Of a stretch of 64,000 nt of DNA, positions 1-10,352 are shown in pieces (within the stretch, counting starts at the first letter, position 1; every line of letters starts with the position of its first letter). The DNA lies in the IMG/VR virus record IMGVR_UViG_3300021400_000552, positions 32,001 to 96,000 of that record; one strand, 5' to 3'. This DNA comes from a virus. Taxonomy: Duplodnaviria; Caudoviricetes. Made by a program: the position numbers and the translations under genes. The notes below the pieces were generated by a model, which saw nothing but the letters and a program-made list of their open reading frames with translations, searched no databases and was not told the origin of the DNA.

Positions 1-516
1 AAAATTTAGAAAAGTATTATATTGAGAAAAATCATTTGACAAATCCAAACTATGGTTATAATTGTACGTCTGGCGGTGATGCGCCAGCATATAAAGTTGG
101 ACGACCAGTGATTTATAATAATCATATATATAAATCACTTAAAGACTTTTGTAATACATTCTCACTAAGCACTAGAACAGTTGGGTCGTGGCTTACAGAG
201 GGTGTACCAATGGACCCGAATTATTATGATCGAGGATTGCGATATGTTGATCAGGATCGCGAAATTATTCGAGGAAAACGCTCGTTTAAGCGTAAAGTAA
301 TATGCGATGGTGTGATATATGATTCATTACGTGATTTTTGTAGGCAACATAATATTAACAGTGGAATATCACATTGGTTAAGTGGAAATAAGGGTATGCC
401 AATATATTGGTATAATAAAGGATTGAGGTATCTAGATCAGGACTTCAATGAAATTAAACAAGCTAAGAAAGATGCAAATAATAAGTGGATGTAGCGAGTT
501 CACTTTAACGTTCTAG
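1..516 (+). mobile_element. 3' portion of a group I intron interrupting the tape-measure gene (core lies upstream of window)
   Basis: Terminal hairpin AAGTGGAT-GTAGCGA-GTTCACTT followed by TAACGTTCTAG resembles the P9.2/3' end of the nrdD intron in this window (CGTAGAAAGTAGCGAATCTACGTGAACATTATG). It ends in G516. The TMP frame reopens immediately after it in mid-motif (DTVGTALKTMSMRLRG). Confidence 0.75.
3..494 (+). CDS. GIY-YIG homing endonuclease, 5'-truncated by window edge (intron-encoded)
   Basis: The frame is open from base 3: NLEKYYIEKNHLTNPNYGYNCTSGG is the typical end of a GIY-YIG catalytic domain (E...GYN..GG). Two NUMOD1/HTH-like repeats follow (VIYNNHIYKSLKDFC..WL..GLRYVDQD and VICDGVIYDSLRDFC..WL..GLRYLDQD). 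Confidence 0.8.
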   Translation, partial: NLEKYYIEKNHLTNPNYGYNCTSGGDAPAYKVGRPVIYNNHIYKSLKDFCNTFSLSTRTVGSWLTEGVPMDPNYYDRGLRYVDQDREIIRGKRSFKRKVICDGVIYDSLRDFCRQHNINSGISHWLSGNKGMPIYWYNKGLRYLDQDFNEIKQAKKDANNKWM

Positions 517-3500
517 GATACAGTAGGTACGGCTTTAAAAACCATGAGTATGCGGCTTAGAGGTTCTAAGACGGATGTAGAGTCGGCGGGTCTTGATGCC
601 GAAGGTATGGCAACGTCTGTATCTAAACTTCGTGATGAGATAATGAGTTTGTCTGGCGTTGATATAATGCTGGATGATAATACTTTTAAGTCCTCTTACG
701 ATATTCTTATGGGTATTGGAGAGGTTTGGGATGGCCTAACAGATGTTAATAGGGCAAATATTACTGAATTATTATTTGGAAAAAGGCAAGCTAACATTGG
801 TACGGCTATTCTGCAAAATTATGAGCGTGCTCAAGAAATACTTGAAACATCACAAAATTCCGAAGGTAGTGCACTTCGCGAAAATGAAGTATACCTAAAT
901 TCTTTACAAGGTCATATTGATAAATTGCAAGCAAAATGGGAAACATTTTCTGTTGCGCTTGCTGATTCATCTGGCTTAAAGGCATTAATTAACCTCGGTG
1001 GTAGAGTTATTGATACCTTTACCGGAATGACAAATGTTTTTGGCAGCGCGACAATGGTGTTAACCCCCCTCATTGCGGCAATGTCAAAAACTTCAAATTC
1101 TGGATTATTTAAAACTTATAATAAGTTAGTCAATGCAGAAACCGGCGCGGTTGAGGAACGTGTTGGAACAGCTTGGACGGCAAATCGAGAAGAAAAAATA
1201 ACTCGTACAGCGCAAGCACGAACAGCACATGCAGAAGACATGCGCCATATTAACAACGTTGCGTCCTATATGGATTCATACTCCAAGGGAGACAAGTCGC
1301 AAGAAAGTTGGTTAAAAACCCAAGAAAAAATTAATGCCGAAATGGAAGGCATGGGTAAAGAGGCCAGAGTTGCCGCCAATTCTATGATGCAGTATGGCGA
1401 TGACATGGACAAAGTGAACAATATTGGCAAAACATTCGACAAAGATGGTCAGAAACGAGTTGCCAATCTTGAAAAACAAAATAAAGGGTTTACGGGATTT
1501 GCAAAATCAACAACCGCCATGTTTGGTAACATCGGTGCATCTCTTGCTATAGGGGCTGGCATAACAGGTGCCATGGAAATTATTAGTGCTTTAGATCAAA
1601 GTATGAAAATTTCAGATGGTGCTAGAAAAGATGCCATGGAGCAAACGATTGACACATATAATAAATCTACAGAAAGCGCAGCTGAAAACAAAAAGACGAT
1701 TCAATCATTAGCGTCTGAATATAGAACACTTGCACAAGGTGTTGATTCTCAGGGACGCAATGTAAGCTTAACTGCGGATGAATTTGCGCGATACAATGAG
1801 ATAGTCGATCAATTAGTATCCATCTCCCCTTCCCTAATTCGCGGGTATAATAAAGAGGGTCACGCGATTATTGATCGCAATAATGCGATTAAGGATGCTA
1901 TAGATTTACAAGATGAATATGCAAAGGCGGCAACTAGCCGATATACATCTAATGAATCTATGCGTGACATTATAAATGGTGCACGTATAAACGTTGACGA
2001 TGCTTTAAAGGATTCGCGCTCATCTAGTGTTGAACTTGGTAAAGCTATTGGCTTGGATGCGCGTGAGCGTGGAACAATTACGTCTGAACGCGACTTGCGT
2101 AACGACGAAATAACAATTAAGCATGCTAAAGAGATTGATGATGCGCTCGGCCATGAGGTAGACCTACAGCACGCCTCTTCAGCGGAACTTGATGAGATAT
2201 TAGCAAAGCGCGGTGAAATATTAAAAAATACAGAGAAGCAAGCAAAAGCGGATGGTTTGTCCGCAGAGCAAACTCAAAATCGTGTAGATAAAGCCACCGA
2301 GGCTTTAAACACTTTAAGTGCAAATCAAATGGAGGTTGATTCTGCAACTCAACCTATATTGGATGCGCTTCAGGTTTATGCGTCTCAAATTAATGATGAT
2401 ACTGGTAAGTCTATCGTTGATGGATTACCAGAAGCCATGCAAGATGGTTATAATGCCGGACTAAAGGCAATTGCACAAAAAGCTGCAACAGACGATACTT
2501 TTGGTGAAGGACAAGCTAAAACCGCCGCAATGAATCTTGTGGATGAAATGAGCGCAGTATATAATTCTCCAGAATATCGTGAGATTATGTCAAAGGTTGA
2601 AGCGGCGCAAGATGAATTTATGAATAGCGATCGTAATAGGGCCGCTATGGAAAAATATAAAACACAGGTAGCTGGTTTGCAGGATCAGTTACAGGCCCTA
2701 GCCTCTCAATACGAGGGAACGAACGCTGCAATGTTTGAAGGTCTTAGCCAAATGGCTATCGACGTTGGAAATTTTGGACAAGATAATATTCTTTCGCTTG
2801 CGAACGCCTTTAATCCTCTTAAAGATAAAATTGATGAGGCGCGTGATGCTAAATCCAGATTTGACGATGCTATGTCTGGTGGCGATTACAACACCGCTAT
2901 TAACGCGCAAAAAGAAATATATGACGCGATGACAGAGGGCACCAATGACGAAGGCAATGGCACAATGGCCTTTTGGACTGGTGCTGAGGAAATTCTTGGC
3001 AAGGGAACCCTTCGAGACCTTGGATATGATATCGACTCCGTAAAAACAAAATTGCAAGAATGGGCGCCAGCAATGAAAGATACGGAAGCTGGAACGGACG
3101 CTTTATTTGATCAATTTGCAAAATATCGTGATACATTAAACGAAATTGATGGTGTTAATATTGCCGAGGATGGTTCATGGGATATTCCGGCTGAAAAATA
3201 TGCTGAGGTAGCACGCCAACTTGGTATTAGCGAAGATCTGCTGGTGTCTATGGTTGACAATGCTCGTCATTGGGCAGATGTTAAATTGTGGGATAGTCCA
3301 GAAAAAGCCGTTTCAGCAATTAAAGATATGGAGTCTACATATACAGATGCGGAAGGTAAAGCCTATGCATTTTATGACACTGTAGAATCTGAAGCACACC
3401 AAGCTGGACTATCTGGACAAGAGCTTACTGATTATATGTCTGAAATTGGTAAGCAAGTAGAATTAATAGACTTACAAAAGCTTGACTTTGATGCCGGGAC

Positions 3501-6500
3501 AGAAAAGGGTAAGAAAAATATTAAAGAAGTTGCCGATCAACTTATTGGTATGAATTCGGCCCTTGATAAGAACGGCAAGTTAGACCTTACTGGAACAACT
3601 GCAATGTTCAAGCAGATGGGCAAATCTGCTGATGAAACAACTCACGCACTTGAACAATTTGACGCTGCTGGTCTCTTAGATACGAGCGGCTATGATATGA
3701 GCGAATTTGGCGGTGATTTGAGTCAATTTGTTGCACAAGCCTTTGGCGAACTTGATACGAATAATCCGTTTGCGAATATGGAATCGTCTGTTGATAGTAT
3801 GGCGACCTCCATTAATAATCTTGTAGCAACGTTAGGTGGTGTTCCTGAAGATTGGTTGCACATAGATGGTCAATTAGCCAAAATTGATGAAGCCACATCT
3901 AAGGGTCGAAAAATGACCGATGAAGAGTATGAAGGTGCGCGTAAGACTTGGCAAGAAGAGCGACAGCATCAGGGACAGATTCTTCAGAATTCTAATGATC
4001 CCAATCAACGCAGACAGGCGTCTGCTAATATTGAAAGACTTAATAAAAGTGGACAAGCGCTTGAGAAACAGGCATATCAAAATGGTTTAACTACTGAAGC
4101 AGAATTTGAAAAACGTATGCATGGCGCTGGTGCAGATGGTCGTGCCGTACAATATGAAGAAGATGCTACTGCGATTCGTGACTTATCAAGCGCACTGAAA
4201 GAGGCCAGTCAAGATGGAGCAGAACTGGGTACTTCTGCTGAACAAGCGGGCAATAAATTACATGATATTGGCACCGATACTTCTGTTGCAACAGCATTTC
4301 AGAATGTCGAACGAGCTGCTCAGCAAGCAGATATGTCCGTTGCTGATTATATTCAATCTCTATCAAGTGGTAAAGATGAAGCAAATCAGCTAAATGATGC
4401 CTATATGGACTATTTGTCAGCTCGCCAAGATGAATATAGTTCTATGTTGCCAGAAGGGACTGGGCAAGTTTCGATCGAGGTTACGGCCGATGTGTCACAA
4501 TTTGAATCCTCGCTAGATGAAATTGAGGGGTTAAGTGGCGAGCAACACGAGGCTGTTATAAAAGGGGTTGTGGAATTTGAGCAATCTGGTGGTAGTAATT
4601 TAGAAGAATTAACATCTGCACTACAACAATTGCCTCCAGAAGTGCGAACAAATGTTATTGCCCAATTAAAGGAGTCTGGAAATCAAAGCCTTGTTGACTA
4701 TGCTGAAACATTAGATGAATTACCACCAGATGTTGTTACAAATGCGACTGTAGAAACATTGGTGAATTATCTGACAGGTAGTCAGGAGCCGCCAGAGGAT
4801 GGTAGTGCATCTGTCGGTTATGATAATGTAAGTGGTCAAGAACCACCGGAAGATGAATCAGCGTCTATCGCCTATGATACGATTAGCGATCAGGTCCCTC
4901 CAGAAGAAAAGACGGCGCCAGTAAAATATACGTGGGGCGGACAGGACGAGGCACAGCAAAGTACCACCACAGTTCAATATGATAATAGCGGCGCACCAAC
5001 ACTAAACGGAACGGCAAATTATACAACAACTTTTGATACAACAGAAGCGCCACCGCTTCCTGGTTTAGTTACTTATACTGGTGATTATAGCTCCCTAGTG
5101 GCTCCCACGTTACCCGGTACAGCCGTATATTCGACATCCGGGTTGCCGACAATAGCTCCTACAATCCACGGTACGGCAATTTATACAAAAAAGTTTGAAT
5201 ATAAAGGATCCGACAATCGTAGACGTGCATTGTCATCTGGAACCAGTGATAGAAGGCGTTTTCATTCTGCGGCTAGTGGTAAACTTGGTCCAACGGGACA
5301 TGGCGGCCTTACACTTACAGGCGAACTTGGTCCAGAATTAGTTTGGTTGCCAGATGATAACGCTTCGTTTTTAACTGGTTTGAGTGGCCCACAGATACAA
5401 GATCTTCCGGCTAACGCGGTAGTCTGGCCATATGAAGAAACCAAACGAATTTTTGGTGGAACGTTGCCACCTGGAGTGCTTACTAATCGTCACAGTATGG
5501 GGCGTTACGCAGCCTCTCATCTGGGTTCTTCCGCAAAAGGCTCTAATTACAAATTCGGTTCTGTAAAATCTGGAAAGAAAAAGAAGGGTTGGAGCGATTA
5601 TACGGATAAATGGGATTATAAATACGACCTCGAAAGTATTAGCGAGCAGGCATACTATAATGGTCTTCTTCGTATTTATAATAAACGTAAAAGCAAACTA
5701 AGCGGTAAGGAGAAACGTACTGCAAGGAAAGCAATCCATGATGCTTATACTGAACTATTAGAGGCCCAATCTAGTAGTTGGGAAGATGCTGTTGATATCG
5801 GCACTATGTCAGAGGCGACATACTATGGTAAATTAACAGCACAAACTAAACGGTATAGTAAAGGTAAATATGGCAAGCAAACAAAGGCGTATAGAGACCA
5901 TCTAAAGGAGCTTCATGATGCATATAATGATATGGTTGAGGCTCAGGCGGATAGTCTTGATCATAGTTTAGCCATGGGCGGCTTAGATGAAGCTGGTTAT
6001 TATCGTAGGCTTGTTGGTGTAGCAAATAAATATGCGCGTCCTCCTAAGAATGCCGGAAAGTTCACAAAAGAGTATAGAGAATATCAAGAAAAATTAAAAG
6101 AAGCAGCAGACGCAGTATATGATCGTGAGAAACGCGAGATTGATTTTATGCTCGGATTAGGTGTGGGCAAAAATGGTGGAAGATATACTGCGGTAAATGC
6201 TTATAGAGATTTGCAAGCGTATATTCGTAAGGCTATCAATGGTGTTGTAACAAGTAATACAAATACGCGCAAGTTAACGAGTGCCAACTATGTTAGAAAC
6301 TTTCTTTATACTGGAACAAGTAATAGGCGACAACCCATTCCTTCAATGGCTAGAGGTGGTCGGCTTGGACCAAATGGTCGTGGCGGACTTACGTTAACAG
6401 GTGAGTTGGGGCCAGAATTAGTTTGGTTACCAGACGAAAGTGTATCATTCGTTGTTGGTGTAGGCGGCCCTGAGATGGTCAATCTCCCATCTAATGCTGT

Positions 6501-9408
6501 TGTTTGGCCAAATGATGAAACACAACAAATTTTTGGCGATACTATAGATTCGAGTTATTTAGAACCAAACGATGTATTATCAATAGAAGATTTGGAATGG
6601 CTTGAAGAAGTGTTCGGTTCTGGAGCAAATGGTATTAACTATTTCGGTTCCGCATCTTTTGGTAAAAGAAGAAAGTCGTCATCATCTGGCAGATCAAGGA
6701 GTTCGGGATCATCATCAAGTCGTAAGAGAAGAACAAGGAAACGTAGAAGCAGTAAATCTGGTGGAAACTCATCAAATAAGAAAAAGAAAAAGGCTAAAAA
6801 TACTATAGGTCTTGCAACTAGTAAAAAGACTGCTAAAACTCCTAGGGTATATAACCCATTTCGTAAAAAATCCACTAGCAAAAAGAAGAGTTCTGGTAAA
6901 AAGAGCTCATCTCCTACTACGTGGGATATGATGACGGAAGAACAACGTCAACAGGTATTGCAGGATTTGAAGGATGCAAGGCAAGAGGCTTACGATTACT
7001 TAGCTGATACATCTGAAAGAACGCTCAATAATTCTTTAGTTGATAACTGGGGTGCTCTAAATAACTACATTAAAGAAGCCCTATCTAATTTGAACCAGCT
7101 TAACAGTATTGAGGATTATGATAAAATTATTGATGCTCGTCAAGATGTGGTAAATAATTTCTTTAGTAATTTGAACGAAAAATTTGATGATGTTAAGGAA
7201 AAAATTTCTGATAATGATTTGTTTGGTACTTGGGGAGTTGATGAATCGCCAATTACTTTATTGACAGATTATAGGCAACAATTGGTGTCTATATATGCTG
7301 CCAATAAAAATGCTTTAGAAAAAGATACAGACGCAGCTAAGCAATATTTGGCATTGTTAAAAGAGGTGGATCGTGAATTAAAAAATGCTCAAAAGGAAAC
7401 GAAAAATCAGTTTGATGATATTTTCAAACTTGTTGAGCAATTAATTCGGAGAGAAAAACAGGATCTGATAGATGCCCTTGACAAGCAAAAGGATAAATAT
7501 GATGACATCATATCAAAGAAAAAAGAAAGTTTAAGGCTTACAGAAGATGAGCTTAGCTATCAAGATGATCTTACTGATTATGCTAAAGAAGAGACAAAAT
7601 TGCGTCAAAAGATCTCTGCCCTTTCACGTGATGATTCGCGTGAAGCAAAGGCTCAAATGGCAGATTATCAAGAGCAATTAAGCGATCTCTTAGATGAGCG
7701 TAATCGCGCTGTGCGACAAGAAACAATATCGCGTACAAATGATAATCTTGATAAACAACAAGAAAAATATGATGAATTTGTGGACAAATTAAAAGAGACG
7801 ATTCAGGACTTTCTTGATAATCAAGAGCTTGTTAATTCTGCAGTATATGATGCTATTGATAATCGTGAGACTAACAATTTATTACAACGTCTTTATGATT
7901 ACAATGCAGAATACGGAGACGGTCTACTCCAAACTGTTGAAGAATGGCAAATGGATTTGGCCGACGTATTGGCTGCAATGCCAAAAGATATTGTAAGTAG
8001 TATTGAAGCAGTACACGCTGAACTTATTAACGTCGTTGGTTATGGTGATGATAGTCATCTCGGTCGCTATACTGATACAATCACATCTTTTAATCATACA
8101 TTTATTGATGCGTTTGTGAGCGCATCTGATGCTTTGTCTCAAAAGTATTATAAGGAAGGCGAGATGATTGACACTCTTATTGAAAAGTACAGTAAGCTAA
8201 TCAATAAGATGGATGATTTAATTAACGGTAAAATAAGCGACGGTAAGCCAACTGGAAATGAAGCTGAAATGCGTCAACGTATGGCAAATGTTATAACGGC
8301 GCATGAAGATATGAGGACTAGTAAAGATGCTGTCGCAGAAGCTAAAGCTGCAGCAAAGTCAGCACAAGAAAAGGCGGCAAGCGCTGATGATAATGTCACG
8401 GCAAAGCAGAACGCAGTCAACAAAGCGCAGGCATCTGCTGCCGCTGCGAAAAAGGCTGTGAATGATGCTACAACGACAATTACAAAGCTTAAGGCGCAAG
8501 TAGAGACTAACAAAAAGACTCAAGCGAGCAAGCAAGCGGTAGTAAACAAGGCGCAGGCAAATTATAATAGCGCAAAGAGTGCGAAGACTGCGGCAGCAAA
8601 AACAGTTACGTCTTTAAAAAAGCAGGTTAAAGAAGCTGAGGACACATTAGCCGCCGCAAAGAAAAAAGGCGGCAATGCAGCCATCCAGAAAGCAGAAAGT
8701 GCGCTTAAAAAGGTGAAGTCTAAGCTAACTACTGCTCAAGCCACCCTTAAGAATGCAAATGCAAGACTTACAAATGCAAGCTCGAACTTAAAGACAGCTC
8801 AACAAGCATTAGCAACAGCCAAAACAAACACTGCCAAATCTCAAAAGCTTGTGGTCGATAATGTTACTGCATTAAAAGCGAAAAATACCACATTGGCTAA
8901 TGCCAATAAAGCACTTACTAATGCGAAGGCTGCATTGGTCCAGGCGCAAAATAATGCTAAAACATATCATGATGCAGCAAGCACAGCGAACGCAGAACTT
9001 GAAACAGCTGAAGCGAATTTCCAAGAGGCAAATGAATATTTCCAGGCATTAATGAACCAACCATTTGACAACGCGTCTCAATATAGTGTTTTGCAAAATC
9101 AAGGCGCGGTTTTATCACCTACAATACAAGCACAACTTGTGGCGGATGGTACTGCGTCATCTGCGTTGCAAGATACTCTGAACAACCTTGCATCTAGTAT
9201 TGATAATAGCATACAAAACAATACAAATAGTGCGCAAACATTTAACTTCGCGTTTGATATGCCATTTAATGTTGGCGGTGATATGGATGCGTCAACACGC
9301 GCTCAATTAGAGTCTGAAATTACAAATGCGGTATATGCTGGAATTAATAATGCTCTTAGAGCATATGGATTATCTACTAGTGCATCATCAAATGCATTGA
9401 AAAATTAA
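517..9408 (+). CDS. Phage tail tape measure protein, 3' exon
   Basis: Begins DTVGTALKTMSMRLRGSK..GLDAEGMA..SKLR..FKSSYDIL..LFGKRQAN, a motif typical of SPbeta-like TMPs. Long helical Ala/Gln/Glu-rich body with two GELGPELV blocks. Lies upstream of the distal tail gene. The ATG at 544 lacks an RBS and is internal. Confidence 0.9.
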   Translation, partial: DTVGTALKTMSMRLRGSKTDVESAGLDAEGMATSVSKLRDEIMSLSGVDIMLDDNTFKSSYDILMGIGEVWDGLTDVNRANITELLFGKRQANIGTAILQNYERAQEILETSQNSEGSALRENEVYLNSLQGHIDKLQAKWETFSVALADSSGLKALINLGGRVIDTFTGMTNVFGSATMVLTPLIAAMSKTSNSGLFKTYNKLVNAETGAVEERVGTAWTANREEKITRTAQARTAHAEDMRHINNVASYMDSYSKGDKSQESWLKTQEKINAEMEGMGKEARVAANSMMQYGDDMDKVNNIGKTFDKDGQKRVANLEKQNKGFTGFAKSTTAMFGNIGASLAIGAGITGAMEIISALDQSMKISDGARKDAMEQTIDTYNKSTESAAENKKTIQSLASEYRTLAQGVDSQGRNVSLTADEFARYNEIVDQLVSISPSLIRGYNKEGHAIIDRNNAIKDAIDLQDEYAKAATSRYTSNESMRDIINGARINVDDALKDSRSSSVELGKAIGLDARERGTITSERDLRNDEITIKHAKEIDDALGHEVDLQHASSAELDEILAKRGEILKNTEKQAKADGLSAEQTQNRVDKATEALNTLSANQMEVDSATQPILDALQVYASQINDDTGKSIVDGLPEAMQDGYNAGLKAIAQKAATDDTFGEGQAKTAAMNLVDEMSAVYNSPEYREIMSKVEAAQDEFMNSDRNRAAMEKYKTQVAGLQDQLQALASQYEGTNAAMFEGLSQMAIDVGNFGQDNILSLANAFNPLKDKIDEARDAKSRFDDAMSGGDYNTAINAQKEIYDAMTEGTNDEGNGTMAFWTGAEEILGKGTLRDLGYDIDSVKTKLQEWAPAMKDTEAGTDALFDQFAKYRDTLNEIDGVNIAEDGSWDIPAEKYAEVARQLGISEDLLVSMVDNARHWADVKLWDSPEKAVSAIKDMESTYTDAEGKAYAFYDTVESEAHQAGLSGQELTDYMSEIGKQVELIDLQKLDFDAGTEKGKKNIKEVADQLIGMNSALDKNGKLDLTGTTAMFKQMGKSADETTHALEQFDAAGLLDTSGYDMSEFGGDLSQFVAQAFGELDTNNPFANMESSVDSMATSINNLVATLGGVPEDWLHIDGQLAKIDEATSKGRKMTDEEYEGARKTWQEERQHQGQILQNSNDPNQRRQASANIERLNKSGQALEKQAYQNGLTTEAEFEKRMHGAGADGRAVQYEEDATAIRDLSSALKEASQDGAELGTSAEQAGNKLHDIGTDTSVATAFQNVERAAQQADMSVADYIQSLSSGKDEANQLNDAYMDYLSARQDEYSSMLPEGTGQVSIEVTADVSQFESSLDEIEGLSGEQHEAVIKGVVEFEQSGGSNLEELTSALQQLPPEVRTNVIAQLKESGNQSLVDYAETLDELPPDVVTNATVETLVNYLTGSQEPPEDGSASVGYDNVSGQEPPEDESASIAYDTISDQVPPEEKTAPVKYTWGGQDEAQQSTTTVQYDNSGAPTLNGTANYTTTFDTTEAPPLPGLVTYTGDYSSLVAPTLPGTAVYSTSGLPTIAPTIHGTAIYTKKFEYKGSDNRRRALSSGTSDRRRFHSAASGKLGPTGHGGLTLTGELGPELVWLPDDNASFLTGLSGPQIQDLPANAVVWPYEETKRIFGGTLPPGVLTNRHSMGRYAASHLGSSAKGSNYKFGSVKSGKKKKGWSDYTDKWDYKYDLESISEQAYYNGLLRIYNKRKSKLSGKEKRTARKAIHDAYTELLEAQSSSWEDAVDIGTMSEATYYGKLTAQTKRYSKGKYGKQTKAYRDHLKELHDAYNDMVEAQADSLDHSLAMGGLDEAGYYRRLVGVANKYARPPKNAGKFTKEYREYQEKLKEAADAVYDREKREIDFMLGLGVGKNGGRYTAVNAYRDLQAYIRKAINGVVTSNTNTRKLTSANYVRNFLYTGTSNRRQPIPSMARGGRLGPNGRGGLTLTGELGPELVWLPDESVSFVVGVGGPEMVNLPSNAVVWPNDETQQIFGDTIDSSYLEPNDVLSIEDLEWLEEVFGSGANGINYFGSASFGKRRKSSSSGRSRSSGSSSSRKRRTRKRRSSKSGGNSSNKKKKKAKNTIGLATSKKTAKTPRVYNPFRKKSTSKKKSSGKKSSSPTTWDMMTEEQRQQVLQDLKDARQEAYDYLADTSERTLNNSLVDNWGALNNYIKEALSNLNQLNSIEDYDKIIDARQDVVNNFFSNLNEKFDDVKEKISDNDLFGTWGVDESPITLLTDYRQQLVSIYAANKNALEKDTDAAKQYLALLKEVDRELKNAQKETKNQFDDIFKLVEQLIRREKQDLIDALDKQKDKYDDIISKKKESLRLTEDELSYQDDLTDYAKEETKLRQKISALSRDDSREAKAQMADYQEQLSDLLDERNRAVRQETISRTNDNLDKQQEKYDEFVDKLKETIQDFLDNQELVNSAVYDAIDNRETNNLLQRLYDYNAEYGDGLLQTVEEWQMDLADVLAAMPKDIVSSIEAVHAELINVVGYGDDSHLGRYTDTITSFNHTFIDAFVSASDALSQKYYKEGEMIDTLIEKYSKLINKMDDLINGKISDGKPTGNEAEMRQRMANVITAHEDMRTSKDAVAEAKAAAKSAQEKAASADDNVTAKQNAVNKAQASAAAAKKAVNDATTTITKLKAQVETNKKTQASKQAVVNKAQANYNSAKSAKTAAAKTVTSLKKQVKEAEDTLAAAKKKGGNAAIQKAESALKKVKSKLTTAQATLKNANARLTNASSNLKTAQQALATAKTNTAKSQKLVVDNVTALKAKNTTLANANKALTNAKAALVQAQNNAKTYHDAASTANAELETAEANFQEANEYFQALMNQPFDNASQYSVLQNQGAVLSPTIQAQLVADGTASSALQDTLNNLASSIDNSIQNNTNSAQTFNFAFDMPFNVGGDMDASTRAQLESEITNAVYAGINNALRAYGLSTSASSNALKN

Positions 9409-9422
9409 TAGTTATTTTTTTT

Positions 9423-9454
9423 GTAGGGCGAGGCATCTACCCCGCCCTACTTTT
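9423..9454 (+). terminator. Rho-independent terminator after TMP
   Basis: GTAGGGCG...CGCCCTAC stem followed by TTTT. Confidence 0.7.
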
Positions 9455-9477
9455 GATATTTAAAGAGAGGAAAATTT

Positions 9478-10350
9478 ATGTTTAAGGAATTAGCCTTTTC
9501 TTTTGATGGCGTTCCATGTGACAAATATGGCCTGATGATTTATTTTATTGATGATTCATCAAATCGTGAGCTTAGTTTGGGCACGGACGTAACGATGATA
9601 GAGGATCGACTCTCCAAGCGTATTGATCCGATCTCATATGGTGTTAATATGAATCAGAGCTTGAGTTTTCCTCTAACATTTGGTAGTACAAGCACATTAA
9701 CTGAGGATGAAGTGGATGCCATTTTAGAATGGCTCACTGGACATCAACAATATAAATGGCTTGAACTATATGATTATGAAAATTACTGTGACCCAGAGAC
9801 GAAACAGCCAGCGATAGATAAGACGCCACAGTATAAACAAATACGAACACGATATCGTTGTCATATTAATCAAGTACAAACGGAATATATTAATGGTCTT
9901 CCATTCGCCTTTTCTGCTACTGTAGAATGTGACGGGCCATTTGGATATGTTTATCCCCCTTCTGAATTTATTTATAGCGCAGGTAATTCTAGTTCGACTG
10001 TAACGCTTGATAATTTGAGTTCGTACAATGGATATCTCTATCCGCAAATGAGACTGGAATTTAGCGGTGAAGTAAAAAAACTTTCAATTGTTAATATAAC
10101 TGATAATAATCGCGAATTCTCTATCGATGCTTCTGAAATGGAAAATGGTTTACAAAATATGATTGTAAGCATTGATAATCAGAACGGCATTATTGTCGTG
10201 GAGAATCGCACTAATATAAACTTATATCCATATTTTAACAAAAAATTCTTTCGCCTTGTGAAAGGTGAAAATGAATTAAAATTTAATACTGATAATGGTA
10301 ACTGCACTATCGTACTATCGTGCGAATGGCGGCGGAAAGTGAGTGATTAA
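9478..10350 (+). CDS. Distal tail protein (Dit-like)
   Basis: F.FDG..C..YG N-terminus, EWLTGHQQYKWL, CDGPFGY, YLYP, FNKKFFRLVKGENEL. Directly after the TMP, with an RBS GAGAGG. Confidence 0.8.
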   Translation: MFKELAFSFDGVPCDKYGLMIYFIDDSSNRELSLGTDVTMIEDRLSKRIDPISYGVNMNQSLSFPLTFGSTSTLTEDEVDAILEWLTGHQQYKWLELYDYENYCDPETKQPAIDKTPQYKQIRTRYRCHINQVQTEYINGLPFAFSATVECDGPFGYVYPPSEFIYSAGNSSSTVTLDNLSSYNGYLYPQMRLEFSGEVKKLSIVNITDNNREFSIDASEMENGLQNMIVSIDNQNGIIVVENRTNINLYPYFNKKFFRLVKGENELKFNTDNGNCTIVLSCEWRRKVSD

Positions 10351-10352
10351 AT

